Below are positions 38,621 through 38,775 of a stretch of DNA of 38,775 nucleotides, in pieces (position 1 is the stretch's first letter; every line of letters starts with the position of its first letter). The position numbers and the translations under genes were made by a program. The notes below the pieces were generated by a model. It was not told where the DNA came from, ran no database searches, and was given only the letters and a program-made list of their open reading frames with translations. Source of the stretch: an uncultured Desulfobacterales bacterium (lineage in GTDB: Bacteria; Desulfobacterota; Dissulfuribacteria; Dissulfuribacterales; QOAL01); the NCBI GenBank assembly GCA_964469365.1, contig CAYXYO010000265.1, positions 1 through 38,775 of the forward strand, written 5' to 3'.

Positions 38621-38775
38621 CAGTTGCACCATGACAGTTGCCACGGAATTTTTACGAGAAGGCGCAGAAATGAAAATATATACCAGACGACCTGAAAAAT
38701 CACCATTTTTTTTATTTTTTTGCTTTTTTATGGTAACGCATTGAAATGTAAGCTCATTGATGTGCGCGCGCCATG

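Overview
A 38.8-kb chromosomal segment, about 52% GC by eye, with about 31 protein-coding genes. I found no rRNA, tRNA, CRISPR array, transposase or integrase. Gene content suggests a flagellated anaerobic deltaproteobacterium (Desulfobacterota-like), but that is inference only: the clues are selA, thyX, the GGGtGRT family and sigma-54-type flagellar promoters. Most of the window is housekeeping, in three blocks. The first (12.4-22.5 kb) runs sugar epimerase, GT4 phosphotransferase fusion, M18 aminopeptidase, thyX, nadB, dedA-like, pgpA, cinA, thpR. The second (22.5-30.1 kb) runs RRM protein, DEAD-box helicase, YfgM-like, radC, tadA, a secreted orphan, selA, rlmH. The third (31.6-38.5 kb) runs pgm, gatC, gatA, a small protein, HDOD, rplS. 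The most unusual region is the left 12 kb. A fliK-flgD-flgE hook module has a good sigma-54 -24/-12 promoter. It runs with only a 17-nt gap and no terminator into a 1,784-aa Sec-signal giant protein (cohesin-like N-terminus, many carboxypeptidase-regulatory-like beta-sandwich repeats, propeller-like C-terminal half). Two further signal-peptide proteins follow, and a near-consensus sigma-28 (FliA) promoter precedes them. This points to an uncharacterised set of secreted or envelope proteins wired into the flagellar regulon. Other items of note are an orphan flgI with its own sigma-54-like promoter and a NifU-like + GGGtGRT + pgm operon of unknown function. There is also a strong terminator-like hairpin in the leader of the DEAD-box helicase, and selA and rlmH have divergent start codons that overlap. 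All promoter, terminator and domain calls come from reading the sequence by eye and need computational or experimental confirmation.
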